DNA from: a bacterium
GTDB taxonomy: Bacteria; Patescibacteriota; Minisyncoccia; UBA6257; GWB1-50-10
Assembly: GCA_021813265.1 (NCBI GenBank)
Contig: JAKALF010000001.1
Location: 2,548 to 66,547 of the forward strand
Length of the DNA: 64,000 nt
Direction of reading: 5' to 3'
Below are positions 46,952-57,497 of the stretch, piece after piece. Position numbers and translations under genes: made by a program. Positions within the stretch are counted from its first letter, which is position 1, and each line of letters opens with the position of its first letter. A model generated the notes under the pieces. It did not search any database, was not told where the DNA came from, and saw only the letters and a program-made list of their open reading frames with translations.

Positions 46952-47563
46952 TTATAAAAGCTTCTCTTGTTCAGGGTCCGCCTTACCAAAAAATCCACTC
47001 GTCGGCATAGACTTATGTTTCCGAACGATAGCGGGAAGATTTTTAAAACTTTTCTGAAGGGCTTCTTTCATGGAGGGGGAACGTAAGGCCGCCGCGGGAT
47101 GAAAAAGAGGAACAATAAATTTGTCTTTTATTCTAAAAACTTTGCCTTGATCTCTGCTAATTTTTCCGGACGGTAAAAAATAATTCATGGAAAATCTTCC
47201 CAAGGGAGCGATAACGCGAGGACTAATGATTGTAATCTGCTCTTTAAGATATGGTTTATAGCGTTCAATCTCTTCAGGTAAGGGGTCTCGGTTCATGGGA
47301 GGTCTTCGTTTCACGATGTTGGTTATATACACATCCTCGCGCTTCCACCCAATTCCCTCTATTAAAACATCAAGGAGTTTCCCCGCTCTTCCCACAAAAG
47401 GACGTTTCAATTCGTTTTCCCGTTCTCCCGGAGCTTCTCCTATAAACATAATATCGCAATCAACGTTTCCCTCGCCAAAAACGAGGTTTGATTCCTGAAG
47501 AGGAAGAGACGCGTCTTTCAAGATGCGTTCTAAAAGATCGATTAGGCGTTCTTGTTTCGTCAT
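46952..47563 (-). CDS. Uracil-DNA glycosylase family 4
   Basis: GEAPG..E, PFVGRAG, HPAAAL. Confidence 0.92.
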   Translation of the reverse strand: MTKQERLIDLLERILKDASLPLQESNLVFGEGNVDCDIMFIGEAPGERENELKRPFVGRAGKLLDVLIEGIGWKREDVYITNIVKRRPPMNRDPLPEEIERYKPYLKEQITIISPRVIAPLGRFSMNYFLPSGKISRDQGKVFRIKDKFIVPLFHPAAALRSPSMKEALQKSFKNLPAIVRKHKSMPTSGFFGKADPEQEKLL

Positions 47564-48867
47564 GATCCTCTTTTTTTAAATGATAAAAGAAATCCTATGG
47601 AAATCCACATCATAAGTTCCCCCGCGGGAAGATCCCACATAAAATGATCAAAAAGGCCGAATAATAAAAAAGAGACGGCTATAAGGGAAAAAACAAAAAA
47701 CGCCATGTTTTTTATATTTCTAGATTCAAAAAATAGAAAAAAGAGGAAGAGGAGAAAGGTAATGAGACCTAACACTCCGATCTCCGAGGCGATAAGAATG
47801 TAGAGGTTGTGAACCGGCTGCCACAACCACCAGGTTGAAAATCCCTTTTTCTGGTAGAGGTTTTGAGAAACGGCCTGAGAAACTTCATTTCCAACGCCAA
47901 CACCCAGAGGATGATCTTTTATAAGCTCAATCCCTATAGCGTTATACAAAACCCTGTTATCAACCGAGGGCTCTCCCGGAATAAATCCCGCTCGAGGAAC
48001 AATAGCCCATCCGAGAATCATGAAGATGATTCCTATATACACCAAAAGAACGGAGAGTAATGATAGCGCGTTTTTTCTGAACTGAGATTTCCAAAAAGCG
48101 TATATGAGGAGAATAAGGGTTGTGATAATCGCGACAATCCATCCCGAACGAGAAAAGGTGGTTATAAGGCCAAGAAAAACAATGAATATCCCCGTTAAAG
48201 AAAGGACTCTGCTCCAAAAACCTTTTAATCCGTGTCCCTCTTCCGAGAGAAAAAGATAAAAAAGACATAAGAGACCTATACCAAGAAAAGCTCCTAAAAT
48301 ATTCGCGTGAGGGAGGGTCCCGTACGCTCTCAAGAGGGGTTCTCCTCCAATAAATACGCGCGCGACGCCCTTGGTCGCTGGAGTTATAACCGACTCCCCC
48401 AACAATCTTAGACCGACACTCGATCCCTTAAGAAACTGAAAGAATCCGACAATAGACTGAAAAACCGCTGAAACTGACATAGTGGAAAAGATTGTCTTAA
48501 AACCAACCAATCCTTTTTGTATAAAAAAGGAGAGGGAAAGAGTCGTCATGGCGTACAAGAACACGCGAATCGCGTGATACAACGCGAGACCGGCATCAGA
48601 AGCGAATCCTACTGAAAAAAACACGAGGACAAGAAAAAAAGCGAGTGCTTTTCCCGAAGTCGAGTCTAGCGCCCTTTTTAACGATCCTCCTTCCAAAAAG
48701 AAGAGGGTGATCAGCAACACGCAAATAATGTCGGTGAAGTAAAAAAATACTGAAAAATATTCATTAACATGAGGAGAAAAAGAAAAAAGAAATTTTTTAG
48801 CGTTAAAGGAAGTAAAAAAAATCAGAAGAACGCTGAGTATTCCCGCGAGATTTTTTCTCCTTGTCAT
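47560..48867 (-). CDS. O-antigen ligase/Wzy_C family membrane protein
   Basis: RAYGTLPHAN, TFSRSGW, PLGVG.GN, PVHNLY. Confidence 0.88.
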   Translation of the reverse strand: MTRRKNLAGILSVLLIFFTSFNAKKFLFSFSPHVNEYFSVFFYFTDIICVLLITLFFLEGGSLKRALDSTSGKALAFFLVLVFFSVGFASDAGLALYHAIRVFLYAMTTLSLSFFIQKGLVGFKTIFSTMSVSAVFQSIVGFFQFLKGSSVGLRLLGESVITPATKGVARVFIGGEPLLRAYGTLPHANILGAFLGIGLLCLFYLFLSEEGHGLKGFWSRVLSLTGIFIVFLGLITTFSRSGWIVAIITTLILLIYAFWKSQFRKNALSLLSVLLVYIGIIFMILGWAIVPRAGFIPGEPSVDNRVLYNAIGIELIKDHPLGVGVGNEVSQAVSQNLYQKKGFSTWWLWQPVHNLYILIASEIGVLGLITFLLFLFFLFFESRNIKNMAFFVFSLIAVSFLLFGLFDHFMWDLPAGELMMWISIGFLLSFKKRGS

Positions 48868-48869
48868 AT

Positions 48870-50225
48870 CTAAAGTTCTACAACATCCCCGGACTTAGGA
48901 ACAGAAGTGTAAACCCCAAGATCGGCTTTTGCTTTTCTGGCAAGCTCTGAAGCTTCATTGCTTTCGCCTTGAACCACGAACACCCGCTTCACGGTATCCT
49001 TCATGGCGTTTATCCATTGAAGAAGCTGGGGCTGATCGGCGTGTCCGGAATACCCGCCAATAGATTTTACCTTCGCGAGAACAGGTATATTCTCTCCTAA
49101 AATAGTCACGAATTTTTCTCCATCGAGAATTTTTCTCCCTAAGGAGCCCTCGGCCTGATATCCAACGAACAAAATGGCGTTTTGGGGATCTGAAAGATAC
49201 CGCTTCTCGTGATGAATGACGCGTCCTCCGTGAGACATCCCCGATCCGGCGATAATAATCTTGGGCGGAAGAACGCTCGCTATAGCCATTGACTCTTGAC
49301 GCGTAAGGCAGAGGGAAAGTCCGGGAAAATTAAAAATCGCGTCTCCTCCTTTTATTTGGGAGATGGTTTCGTCTTTAAAATACATGGGATTTTTAGAATA
49401 TTTCTGATATACAGCCGTAAGTTTTATAGCAAGAGGACTGTCAATGAAAACAGGGATCCTTGAAACGCGCTTTTGTTCGACAAGATTGTTCATGAGATAA
49501 ATCATCTCCTGGGTGCGTTCAAGCGCAAACGCCGGAATAATAACCACTCCCTTATCGCGCACGACTTCTTTTATCGTCGTCTCAATCAGCTCTTCCCTAC
49601 TATCGGATCCCTCATGCACCCTTCCTCCGTACACGGATTCGATAAGGGCGTAATCGACATTCTCTATATATTCCGTTCCTTTTATAAAAGGCGTGGGAAT
49701 GTTTCCTAAATCGCCGCTAAAAACTATGGTTTTCCCCTCAGTTTTTATCACAACCGAAGCGGACCCCAAAACGTGCCCCGCGTTTATAAACGTAATCTCA
49801 AAAGGGCCAATTGAAAAAGATTGGCGATAAGGAATGCCATCCCACAATGAACGCATGCGCTCAACATCAGATTCATCATACATGGTCTCTCTTTTAGAGC
49901 GCTCGGCTTCTTTCCTTAAAATGTGCTGAGAATCAAGAAGAAGCATTTCAGCGAAATCTCTTGTCGGAGGAGTGGAATATATTCGTCCTTTAAATCCACA
50001 TTTTACAAGCTGAGGAAGCCTTCCTGTGTGATCAATGTGCGCGTGAGTCACGAAAACAGCGGATATTTCTTCGGGGTTATAAGAAAAAGGATTAAAGTTA
50101 TCAATCTCGCAAAAAACTCCTCCTTGCTTCAAGCCGCAATCAACAAGGATTTTTACTCCTCCGGATTCAAGCATATAGTTCGCTCCCGTAACGGATTCGG
50201 CGCCTCCAAAGAATGTAAGCTTCAT
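48870..50225 (-). CDS. MBL-fold beta-CASP RNA-metabolising hydrolase
   Basis: THAHIDHTG, AGHVLGS, SGDLG, SGHAD. Confidence 0.92.
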   Translation of the reverse strand: MKLTFFGGAESVTGANYMLESGGVKILVDCGLKQGGVFCEIDNFNPFSYNPEEISAVFVTHAHIDHTGRLPQLVKCGFKGRIYSTPPTRDFAEMLLLDSQHILRKEAERSKRETMYDESDVERMRSLWDGIPYRQSFSIGPFEITFINAGHVLGSASVVIKTEGKTIVFSGDLGNIPTPFIKGTEYIENVDYALIESVYGGRVHEGSDSREELIETTIKEVVRDKGVVIIPAFALERTQEMIYLMNNLVEQKRVSRIPVFIDSPLAIKLTAVYQKYSKNPMYFKDETISQIKGGDAIFNFPGLSLCLTRQESMAIASVLPPKIIIAGSGMSHGGRVIHHEKRYLSDPQNAILFVGYQAEGSLGRKILDGEKFVTILGENIPVLAKVKSIGGYSGHADQPQLLQWINAMKDTVKRVFVVQGESNEASELARKAKADLGVYTSVPKSGDVVEL

Positions 50226-50318
50226 AGTAACTTCAGTATATCAGGATATGAAACGCGCGTGAGATTGACATTTTATATTTTTTAGTATACATTTTAAAAT
50301 AGTAATATTGGAGGCAAC

Positions 50319-50510
50319 ATGAGAGTGCTAAAACTTGACGACCAAAGAGTCGTCATAACGGTGGGAGGAAAGGATGTCACGTACGTAAAAAATGGCAATG
50401 ATGTCCAAATAACCTCTAAGGAGTCGGGATTTTTCTCTAAAAAAGATTTTGGTATATCAAAATCTTTGGCAAAGAAAATCCTTTTCCCAAAAATCACTCG
50501 TTCGTTTTAA
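50319..50510 (+). CDS. Small hypothetical protein (63 aa)
   Basis: GGAGG SD and upstream TTGACA. Confidence 0.55.
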   Translation: MRVLKLDDQRVVITVGGKDVTYVKNGNDVQITSKESGFFSKKDFGISKSLAKKILFPKITRSF

Positions 50511-51799
50511 GAGCCCCATTCCAATCTTTGGGCTCTTTTTTCTTTTAAGACTTCCTCCACCATCTCCCGCTCATTCCAGGGAATAGTCTCTCCATGAGCC
50601 ATGTGAATGAATGACTCGCTTCCCTTTCCTGAAAACACTATCGCGTCCCCGCTTTTAGCGAGAGATACGGCTTTTCTAATAGCCTCTTTTCTATCTAAGA
50701 TTTCATATATGTTGTTTTGAGGAAAATCTTTAGAGATTCCGGACCGTACGGCACGAATAATTTCCAAAGGATCTTCGTCGTAAGGATCTTCGTTCGTGAG
50801 AACAATACATGAGCAATACTTCCCGGCGATTTCTCCCATCGCGGGACGTTTCCACTTGTCCCTCCCCCCTCCCGCGGAACCTAAAACACCTATTAAACCC
50901 GCTCCTTTTTTCATATATTCATTTTGTATGGTCTCGTATATGCTCCGAAGCGAGTCTGGAGTATGGGCGTAATCAACGACGGCGATAAAAGGTTCTCTTT
51001 GGATAAAATCCATGCGTCCTGGAATTCCTTTAAAGGCGTTGAACGCTTGATATATGCGTTCGTCTGAAACGCCCAATAAACGCCCTATTTGAAACGCGAG
51101 CGCCATATTGTCTTTGTAAAAATCACCTTTTATAAGATCGTTCTTGATGGGTTTCTCTTTAAAAATATCCCGAGAAAAGGTTCTCGCTTCTTTCAATTTT
51201 TCTTTAAAAAACTCGTAGCGCGCGTCGTATATATTTAAAAATACGTGAGCACCCCTCCGAGCCGCGTAGTTGAGAAAAGAACGTTTCGCGTCGCGATATT
51301 TTTCAAACGACCCATGGGCTTCTATGTGTTCCGGAGCAAGATTTGTAAGAGCGGCAACAGTCCAGGGAATAAACCGGTGACGTGAAAGCGCGATGCCTTG
51401 GGACGTGACTTCAATAATGGCGTGCGTGCACGTTTCTTGTTCGGCCTGTTTTAAAAAGTTCTGGATAAAAAAATGTCCGGGCATTGAATTTCCTAACGTG
51501 TTTTTCTCGCTCTTTTCTCCAAGCTTCACGCGCAACGATGAGAGGAGGGCTGTTTTTTTCCCTTCCATTTCAAGAATGGCGTTTACGAGCTCAACAGTCG
51601 TTGTCTTCCCCTTGGTCCCCGTTATTCCAATCACACAAAGCTTTCTTCCTGGAAAACGGTACAGAAGAGAACCGAAAAGAGCGAGACTAAAATGGTACGC
51701 CTTAGGAGCCCATGAAACGCGATATAGAAGTTTAAATAAAGGAAACTTCTTTATACGAGAAAGGATCAAATGCGTAACGTTCCATACGGATGATTTCAT
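50507..51799 (-). CDS. murE: UDP-MurNAc-tripeptide synthetase
   Basis: GITGTKGKTT, EVTS, TNL.PEH, DYAHTPD, NEDP. Confidence 0.9.
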   Translation of the reverse strand: MKSSVWNVTHLILSRIKKFPLFKLLYRVSWAPKAYHFSLALFGSLLYRFPGRKLCVIGITGTKGKTTTVELVNAILEMEGKKTALLSSLRVKLGEKSEKNTLGNSMPGHFFIQNFLKQAEQETCTHAIIEVTSQGIALSRHRFIPWTVAALTNLAPEHIEAHGSFEKYRDAKRSFLNYAARRGAHVFLNIYDARYEFFKEKLKEARTFSRDIFKEKPIKNDLIKGDFYKDNMALAFQIGRLLGVSDERIYQAFNAFKGIPGRMDFIQREPFIAVVDYAHTPDSLRSIYETIQNEYMKKGAGLIGVLGSAGGGRDKWKRPAMGEIAGKYCSCIVLTNEDPYDEDPLEIIRAVRSGISKDFPQNNIYEILDRKEAIRKAVSLAKSGDAIVFSGKGSESFIHMAHGETIPWNEREMVEEVLKEKRAQRLEWGS

Positions 51800-51804
51800 A
51801 TATC

Positions 51805-52380
51805 CTATGATTTCCCTAATTCCTTAAGAGCAAGCCTTAATCGTTCCTCTATGGACTTCTCTCTAGGAAGAGTCTGAATAATATCGCGAACATGGTTCCT
51901 CGAATACCCTAAATCCACGAGAGCGTCTTCAATATCTTTATCTTGTCGAGCGTTCCTGGTTTCTCCCCTCATGTCAAAAAGTTTGGTTTTAGCGTGAAGT
52001 TCAAGAACAATGCGCTCGGCGGTCTTTTTTCCAACCCCCGGGGCTCGGGACAAAAGATCCGCTCGTTTTTCAAGAATGGCCGCGGTGATATTGGGAACCG
52101 TATCAATATCCAAAACCCCAAGAGCAGTTTTGGGACCAACGCCGCTTACGGTTCTTAAAAGCTCAAAAAGCGTCAGAGTCTCTTCTCCAAGAAATCCGTA
52201 GAGTTCCATCTGTTCTTCTCTTATATAAAGATGGGAGAAGATAAAAACGGATTGTCCCAGCGAAGGAAGTTTTGAAAGCGTGCTTTTATTCCCGAAAATC
52301 TTGTACCCCACGCCCCCGCACTCAACTACAAAAAAGGTGTCTCCTTTTTTAATAAGTTTCCCGGAAAGAGAGTGGATCAT
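51805..52380 (-). CDS. ruvA: Holliday junction branch migration protein RuvA
   Basis: GGVGY, LYGF, VSGVGPKTA, PGVGKKTAERI. Confidence 0.96.
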   Translation of the reverse strand: MIHSLSGKLIKKGDTFFVVECGGVGYKIFGNKSTLSKLPSLGQSVFIFSHLYIREEQMELYGFLGEETLTLFELLRTVSGVGPKTALGVLDIDTVPNITAAILEKRADLLSRAPGVGKKTAERIVLELHAKTKLFDMRGETRNARQDKDIEDALVDLGYSRNHVRDIIQTLPREKSIEERLRLALKELGKS

Positions 52381-52458
52381 ATAACGCTATTGTAGAACGT
52401 AATGGGGTAATAAACAATTGACAACGGAGGTGTAGTCGTCTAATCTAAACCCCATACT

Positions 52459-52701
52459 ATGCCTAACACAAAAACAGCAAAAAAAGCTTTGCGACAAAAT
52501 ATTCGCAGGAGAAAAATGAATCTTGATCGTCAAAAGAAAATGAAAGAAACGATCAAAAGTTTCAAAAAATCTCCGAGTTCCGAGAAACTCAAAGAAACAT
52601 ATAAGACGCTTGATAGGATGGCTAAAACGGGGGTTATAAAAAAGAATAAGGCGAATAGACTTAAATCAAGGCTTTCAAAGAAAATAAAAAACACCTCGTA
52701 A
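52459..52701 (+). CDS. rpsT: 30S ribosomal protein S20
   Basis: MPNTKTAKKALRQ...IKKNKANRLKSRL; promoter TTGACA-17-TAATCT. Confidence 0.95.
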   Translation: MPNTKTAKKALRQNIRRRKMNLDRQKKMKETIKSFKKSPSSEKLKETYKTLDRMAKTGVIKKNKANRLKSRLSKKIKNTS

Positions 52702-52710
52702 GAGGTGTTT

Positions 52711-53547
52711 TTATCTCAAAACAAAATCAAGAAGCGCTTCCTCATATTCCAATCCCCCGCTTTTTACAGAAACATCGTAGCGAGAAAGAGAAACTAGGCT
52801 TTCTTCCCTGGCGTTGTAGGCCAATGAATTAAAAACATACGCGGGATCTTCATTTTGAGAGAACGCTTTCTCCAACATACCCACTCTCTCTTTCCAGCTC
52901 TTTGAACTCAAAATCCCGCGAGTAAGGACATATACCTCGTCACGGGAAAACCAGTGAGTTGTTTCTTTAACTAACGAAAGGGAAATTTCTTTTTCTCCAG
53001 AAATGGGAGCGAGTTTTTCTAACGTTTTTATTCCCAACCAAACGCTGTGCTCGCTCGAGATTTTTTTTGAAAGGAATTCTCCTCCTTCTAAAACATAGAC
53101 CATAAAGAAACTCCACGCCGGCTGAGAAAAGGAAATTCCGAAATCTTTGGCTTTTTTCTTTAAAAACGCTTGAAGTTTTACTCCCTCAAGCTTTTCAAAT
53201 TCCTGAGATAGTATGGGTTTTTTAAGGAGAAATGAAAACGCTTTTTTGGGAGGTTTTAGGTCGGAAATAATAATAAAGGCATTCTTGTTTTCAATATAGA
53301 ATTTCAGTACCGCTATCCATTCCTTGGAGTCGGGGGTGGTTGCCTCCCGAATAACCGCGCATTTAACAGACTGAAACATAGACGGTTGTTCAAGAAAATC
53401 CCTCGCTTCAATCCAACCATCACCCTCTTCTTCAAAATCAAAATGACGCAAATCCATGGAGGGGTTCTTTTGTTTGTACGAACAAAGAAGATCTTTTAAT
53501 TTTTCTCCTCTCCTATATGAATCGGGTCCGTAGAGATAGACGATCAT
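52711..53547 (-). CDS. holA: DNA polymerase III delta subunit (divergent)
   Basis: MIVYLYGPDSY, SMF, D.SVKSG; convergent with rpsT. Confidence 0.75.
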   Translation of the reverse strand: MIVYLYGPDSYRRGEKLKDLLCSYKQKNPSMDLRHFDFEEEGDGWIEARDFLEQPSMFQSVKCAVIREATTPDSKEWIAVLKFYIENKNAFIIISDLKPPKKAFSFLLKKPILSQEFEKLEGVKLQAFLKKKAKDFGISFSQPAWSFFMVYVLEGGEFLSKKISSEHSVWLGIKTLEKLAPISGEKEISLSLVKETTHWFSRDEVYVLTRGILSSKSWKERVGMLEKAFSQNEDPAYVFNSLAYNAREESLVSLSRYDVSVKSGGLEYEEALLDFVLR

Positions 53548-53592
53548 GAGGTTAGTATATAAAAAAGGGCGCCCGTGTGCTAGGCGCCGAAA

Positions 53593-54012
53593 TTAATACC
53601 TTGGAAAATCGTACTTTTGAACATCCCAATAACTTTTATAGGACGTTCCACTGAAATAAAAGCTTCTGCTCGTTGCGGAGTAGAAAACCTTTTCTCCAGC
53701 TTTGGTGGTATACGCTCTAAGAGTAACCACCATACTCTCTTGTCCCCACACGCTCGTGGGAACAAATAAAACTGTACCGGGTTTTATATCCCCGAACGAT
53801 CTCGAGTAATTGCCGGTCACAATTACGTCAAGGGTTAAATCCTGGGTTGTATTGATTATCACAACCCCCTCTCTCCCGGAAAATCCGGGAAGATTGGACT
53901 CAACTTGGACGCGGCGCCCCATCTCATTCACGATGGCAACGGGAAGCGCGCATCCAAAAACAAAAAGGGATAACAAAGCGAAAATAACTATTCTCATCTT
54001 TTCCTCCTTCAT
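53593..54012 (-). CDS. Putative lipoprotein
   Basis: LFVFGC lipobox-like motif; start may be the second Met. Confidence 0.65.
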   Translation of the reverse strand: MKEEKMRIVIFALLSLFVFGCALPVAIVNEMGRRVQVESNLPGFSGREGVVIINTTQDLTLDVIVTGNYSRSFGDIKPGTVLFVPTSVWGQESMVVTLRAYTTKAGEKVFYSATSRSFYFSGTSYKSYWDVQKYDFPRY

Positions 54013-54401
54013 TTCAAGTAGATTTTCTTGTTATCGCGAGCGATAACAAGAACCATTGAGTTTCCCACGCGCGGCGCGCGCTCAAACAGCTCCCTTGGGA
54101 GTCCGTAGGTCTGAACGTCTTTTTTTGAATCAACCGTCATCAGGTTGTAGTATTTGGTGGTTGTTGTATCAACCGCAATGACGGAAACTACCTCCCCTTC
54201 TGTTAGGCTTTCAACGCCTAACGGGTTTTCTAATTCTGGGATTAAAACCAGAATCAGTAGTAGTAAAAGAATAATACTACCTAAAGAACCTACAATACTA
54301 AAAAAGAAATTTTCAGGATTATCAGCAGCATTACAAAAAAGGACGGTAGAACAAATAATAAGAAGAATAGTGAAAATAAGAATAACTACTATACCGGTCA
54401 T
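54009..54401 (-). CDS. Hypothetical 2-TM protein
   Basis: AGGAGG SD; promoter TTGACA-17-TATTAT at 54466-54438. Confidence 0.7.
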   Translation of the reverse strand: MTGIVVILIFTILLIICSTVLFCNAADNPENFFFSIVGSLGSIILLLLLILVLIPELENPLGVESLTEGEVVSVIAVDTTTTKYYNLMTVDSKKDVQTYGLPRELFERAPRVGNSMVLVIARDNKKIYLK

Positions 54402-54528
54402 AAAGCCTCCTATATGTTAAAGTTAATACTGATGTAGATAATAGCATATATGATAGAAAATGTCAATCAACGCAAAGATTGGGTATTCCCATTGTTGCTT
54501 CTCGCGTTACGTTCTACAATAAGGATGC

Positions 54529-56202
54529 ATGTTTAAAGGAAAAAACGATCTTGAGGAAAAACTGTCGGCCCAAAGAAAACTAGCCGAAGAAAATGACGCC
54601 AAACGAAGAGCCGCGCAATATAATTTCCCCTATCTGAATCTCGTTTCAACGAAAGCCCCAACCGAGATGCGGGCGCTTGAGCTTGTTTCGGAAGAAACGG
54701 CGAAAAAAGCGAAGATCGCCCCCCTCCAGGAAATACGGAAAAAACTTGTAATCGCTGTTTTTAATCCCAGCTTTCCGGAAACCCAAAAAATCTTGGAAGA
54801 CCTCAAAAAAAAATTCGAACTTGAGATTTTTATATCCTCCCTTTCTGGCTTGGAACACGCCTGGGAATATTACGCGTTCGCGTCAGAAGAACAAAAAGAA
54901 ATCAGCGGAAAAATTGAAATAAACAACGAAAACCTTAAGAATCTCTCGGAAACAATCAGGGACTTTAAAAGCCTTGACGGTCTCTTCACTGGTCTCAAAA
55001 ACCCTCTTACCTCCCAACTTTTAGAAATTATTTTGGGCGGAGCTCTTGCCCTCAAGGCATCGGATATACATTTTGAACCCAAAGAAGAATCTCGAATTTT
55101 GCGTTTTAGAATTGACGGCCTTCTACATTCCGCGTATGAGGGATTTTCAGAAAACTCATACAAATCCATCGTGATGCGCATAAAACTCCTGTCGGGAATG
55201 AAACTTAATATCGTAAACGAAGCTCAAGACGGACGTTTCACGATAGATTTAAAGGATAGAGACATTGAAATACGAACCTCTATCATTCCTTCGGAATACG
55301 GGGAAACGGTTGTGATGCGTCTTTTAGATCCTTTGGCGCTTAAAACTAATTTAGAAGATTTAGGATGGAGGAAAGACGATCTTGATATCATTAAAAAAAT
55401 ACTTGCCGAACCTAATGGTCTTGTTCTAAACACGGGACCCACGGGATCGGGAAAAACAACAACCCTTTACGCTTTCTTGAAGCACGTTCAAAATCCTGAA
55501 ATAAAGATCATAACTATTGAGGACCCCATTGAATATCATCTTAATGGAATATCCCAAACTCAAGTGAATAACGCGGCGCGCTACACGTTCGCGAGCGGAT
55601 TAAGATCCATACTAAGACAAGATCCCGATGTCGTGCTTGTCGGAGAAATTAGAGACACGGAAACCGCGGAAATCGCTTTAAACGCTTCCCTTACGGGACA
55701 TATGGTTTTCTCAACGCTTCACACGAACGACGCTGTGGGAGCGATCCCACGTCTCTTGGATCTTGGGATAAAAACCCAAACGCTGGGCCCCGCCCTCACG
55801 CTTGTCATAGCCCAGCGTCTCGTGCGCGTTCTCTGTCCTCACTGTAAAGAAAAAATGGAAACACAAGAAGATCTTAAAATGAAAATACAAAGGTTTGTGG
55901 AAAACCTTCCCGCCAGAGTTGATAAATCACCCTTTAAAACCTTTGAGGTGTTTAAACCTCATGGATGCCCCGAGTGCGGGGGGTTGGGATACAGAGGAAG
56001 GACATCGATATTTGAGCTCTTCGTAATAGATGAAAATCTGGAGCAAGCGATCTATAAAACCCCCAATGAGATAGAACTTAAAAACTTGGCAAAAGGGCAA
56101 GGTATGACTACAATGCAAGAAGACGGTATTCTAAAAGTCCTCAAGGGAATTACGAGTATGGAAGAGGTCCAAAGACTCACGGGAGAAATTGATTGGAAAT
56201 AA
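54529..56202 (+). CDS. GspE/PilB type IV pilus assembly ATPase
   Basis: ASDIHFEP, GPTGSGKTTTLY, TIEDPIEY, LRQDPD, STLHTN, CPHC..CPEC. Confidence 0.95.
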   Translation: MFKGKNDLEEKLSAQRKLAEENDAKRRAAQYNFPYLNLVSTKAPTEMRALELVSEETAKKAKIAPLQEIRKKLVIAVFNPSFPETQKILEDLKKKFELEIFISSLSGLEHAWEYYAFASEEQKEISGKIEINNENLKNLSETIRDFKSLDGLFTGLKNPLTSQLLEIILGGALALKASDIHFEPKEESRILRFRIDGLLHSAYEGFSENSYKSIVMRIKLLSGMKLNIVNEAQDGRFTIDLKDRDIEIRTSIIPSEYGETVVMRLLDPLALKTNLEDLGWRKDDLDIIKKILAEPNGLVLNTGPTGSGKTTTLYAFLKHVQNPEIKIITIEDPIEYHLNGISQTQVNNAARYTFASGLRSILRQDPDVVLVGEIRDTETAEIALNASLTGHMVFSTLHTNDAVGAIPRLLDLGIKTQTLGPALTLVIAQRLVRVLCPHCKEKMETQEDLKMKIQRFVENLPARVDKSPFKTFEVFKPHGCPECGGLGYRGRTSIFELFVIDENLEQAIYKTPNEIELKNLAKGQGMTTMQEDGILKVLKGITSMEEVQRLTGEIDWK

Positions 56203-56500
56203 TATTCTCTGAGAGGAAAATAAAATCCTGAGTTGGGGTCTGTGGGCACAAATGAGCCGAAAGCAGGCAAATTTTTAAAAGCTTTTCCGAACGCATCAGA
56301 AAAGACGAGATCTTTTCGAGGAGTGATCCAGCCGGAGCCAAATCATCCTTGTCATAAAAAGTATCCCTATTACCCACAGACCTCACATCAAGATTTCTAC
56401 GGAAAAGTCTATCACAAAACAAATATATTGTCAATAGCAAGTATGAGTCGCCAAAGAAGGATTATTTCATATCTAATTATTTTGTCAAGCCTATAAAACC

Positions 56501-57496
56501 ATGGGAAAAAAGAATGAAAAATCTGAGGAAATAAGTATTGATATAACTCTAAGACCGGACAGGTGGGATGAGTATGTTGGTCAAGAAAAGGTAAAAACCA
56601 ACCTTAGACTTATAATAGACGCCGCTAAAGGAAGGGGTGAAAACTGCGATCATCTTCTCTTCTATGGTCAGCCGGGTCTTGGAAAAACCACGCTCGCTTA
56701 TCTTATAGGAAAAGAAATGGGCGTTTCTATAAAATCCACATCGGGACCCGCTCTTGAAAAAACGGGCGACATTGCCGCGCTCCTCACGAACCTGGAACCA
56801 AACGACATATTATTTATAGACGAAGCTCATAGAATAAACAAAACCGTGGAAGAGGTATTATATCCAGCCATGGAAAGCAGGCAGCTTCATCTTATTATAG
56901 GAAAAGGTCCTTCCGCGAGAACCTTTTCTCTTGATCTTCCTCCTTTCACGATTATCGCGGCAACCACGAAAGCAAGCCTTATTTCAGCTCCCCTCAGATC
57001 AAGGTTTGGGGCAACGTTTAAGCTTGATTACTATAACGAATCCGATATTGAAAAAATCATAGAGCGATCGGCGAGGCTCTTAAAAATCGACATAACAAAA
57101 GAGGCTCGATTAAAACTCGGGAAAGCTTCCCGATTTACTCCCCGTGTGGCGAATAGACTCTTAAGACGCGCGAGAGATTACGCTCAGGTATACAAAAACG
57201 GAACTATAGACGATTCTTCCGCGCAAAAAACCCTGGAACTTCTTGAAATAGACGACTTGGGACTTGAGCGCGCCGATAAAGAACTTATTTCAGCCATCAT
57301 CAATAAATTTAATGGGGGTCCGGTTGGCCTTAAGGCTTTAGGGTCGGCTTTGAATGAAGAAATAGGAACTATAGAAGATGTCTACGAGCCTTTTCTTATG
57401 AAACTCGGTCTCATCCATAGAAGTCCGGGCGGACGCATAGCGACGGAACGCGCGTACGAACATTTTGGGACTAAAAACAAAAAGAGCATGGTCTAA
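56501..57496 (+). CDS. ruvB: Holliday junction helicase RuvB
   Basis: LRP...YVGQ, G.PGLGKTTLA, FIDEAHR, TPRVANRLL. Confidence 0.97.
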   Translation: MGKKNEKSEEISIDITLRPDRWDEYVGQEKVKTNLRLIIDAAKGRGENCDHLLFYGQPGLGKTTLAYLIGKEMGVSIKSTSGPALEKTGDIAALLTNLEPNDILFIDEAHRINKTVEEVLYPAMESRQLHLIIGKGPSARTFSLDLPPFTIIAATTKASLISAPLRSRFGATFKLDYYNESDIEKIIERSARLLKIDITKEARLKLGKASRFTPRVANRLLRRARDYAQVYKNGTIDDSSAQKTLELLEIDDLGLERADKELISAIINKFNGGPVGLKALGSALNEEIGTIEDVYEPFLMKLGLIHRSPGGRIATERAYEHFGTKNKKSMV

Positions 57497-57497
57497 T

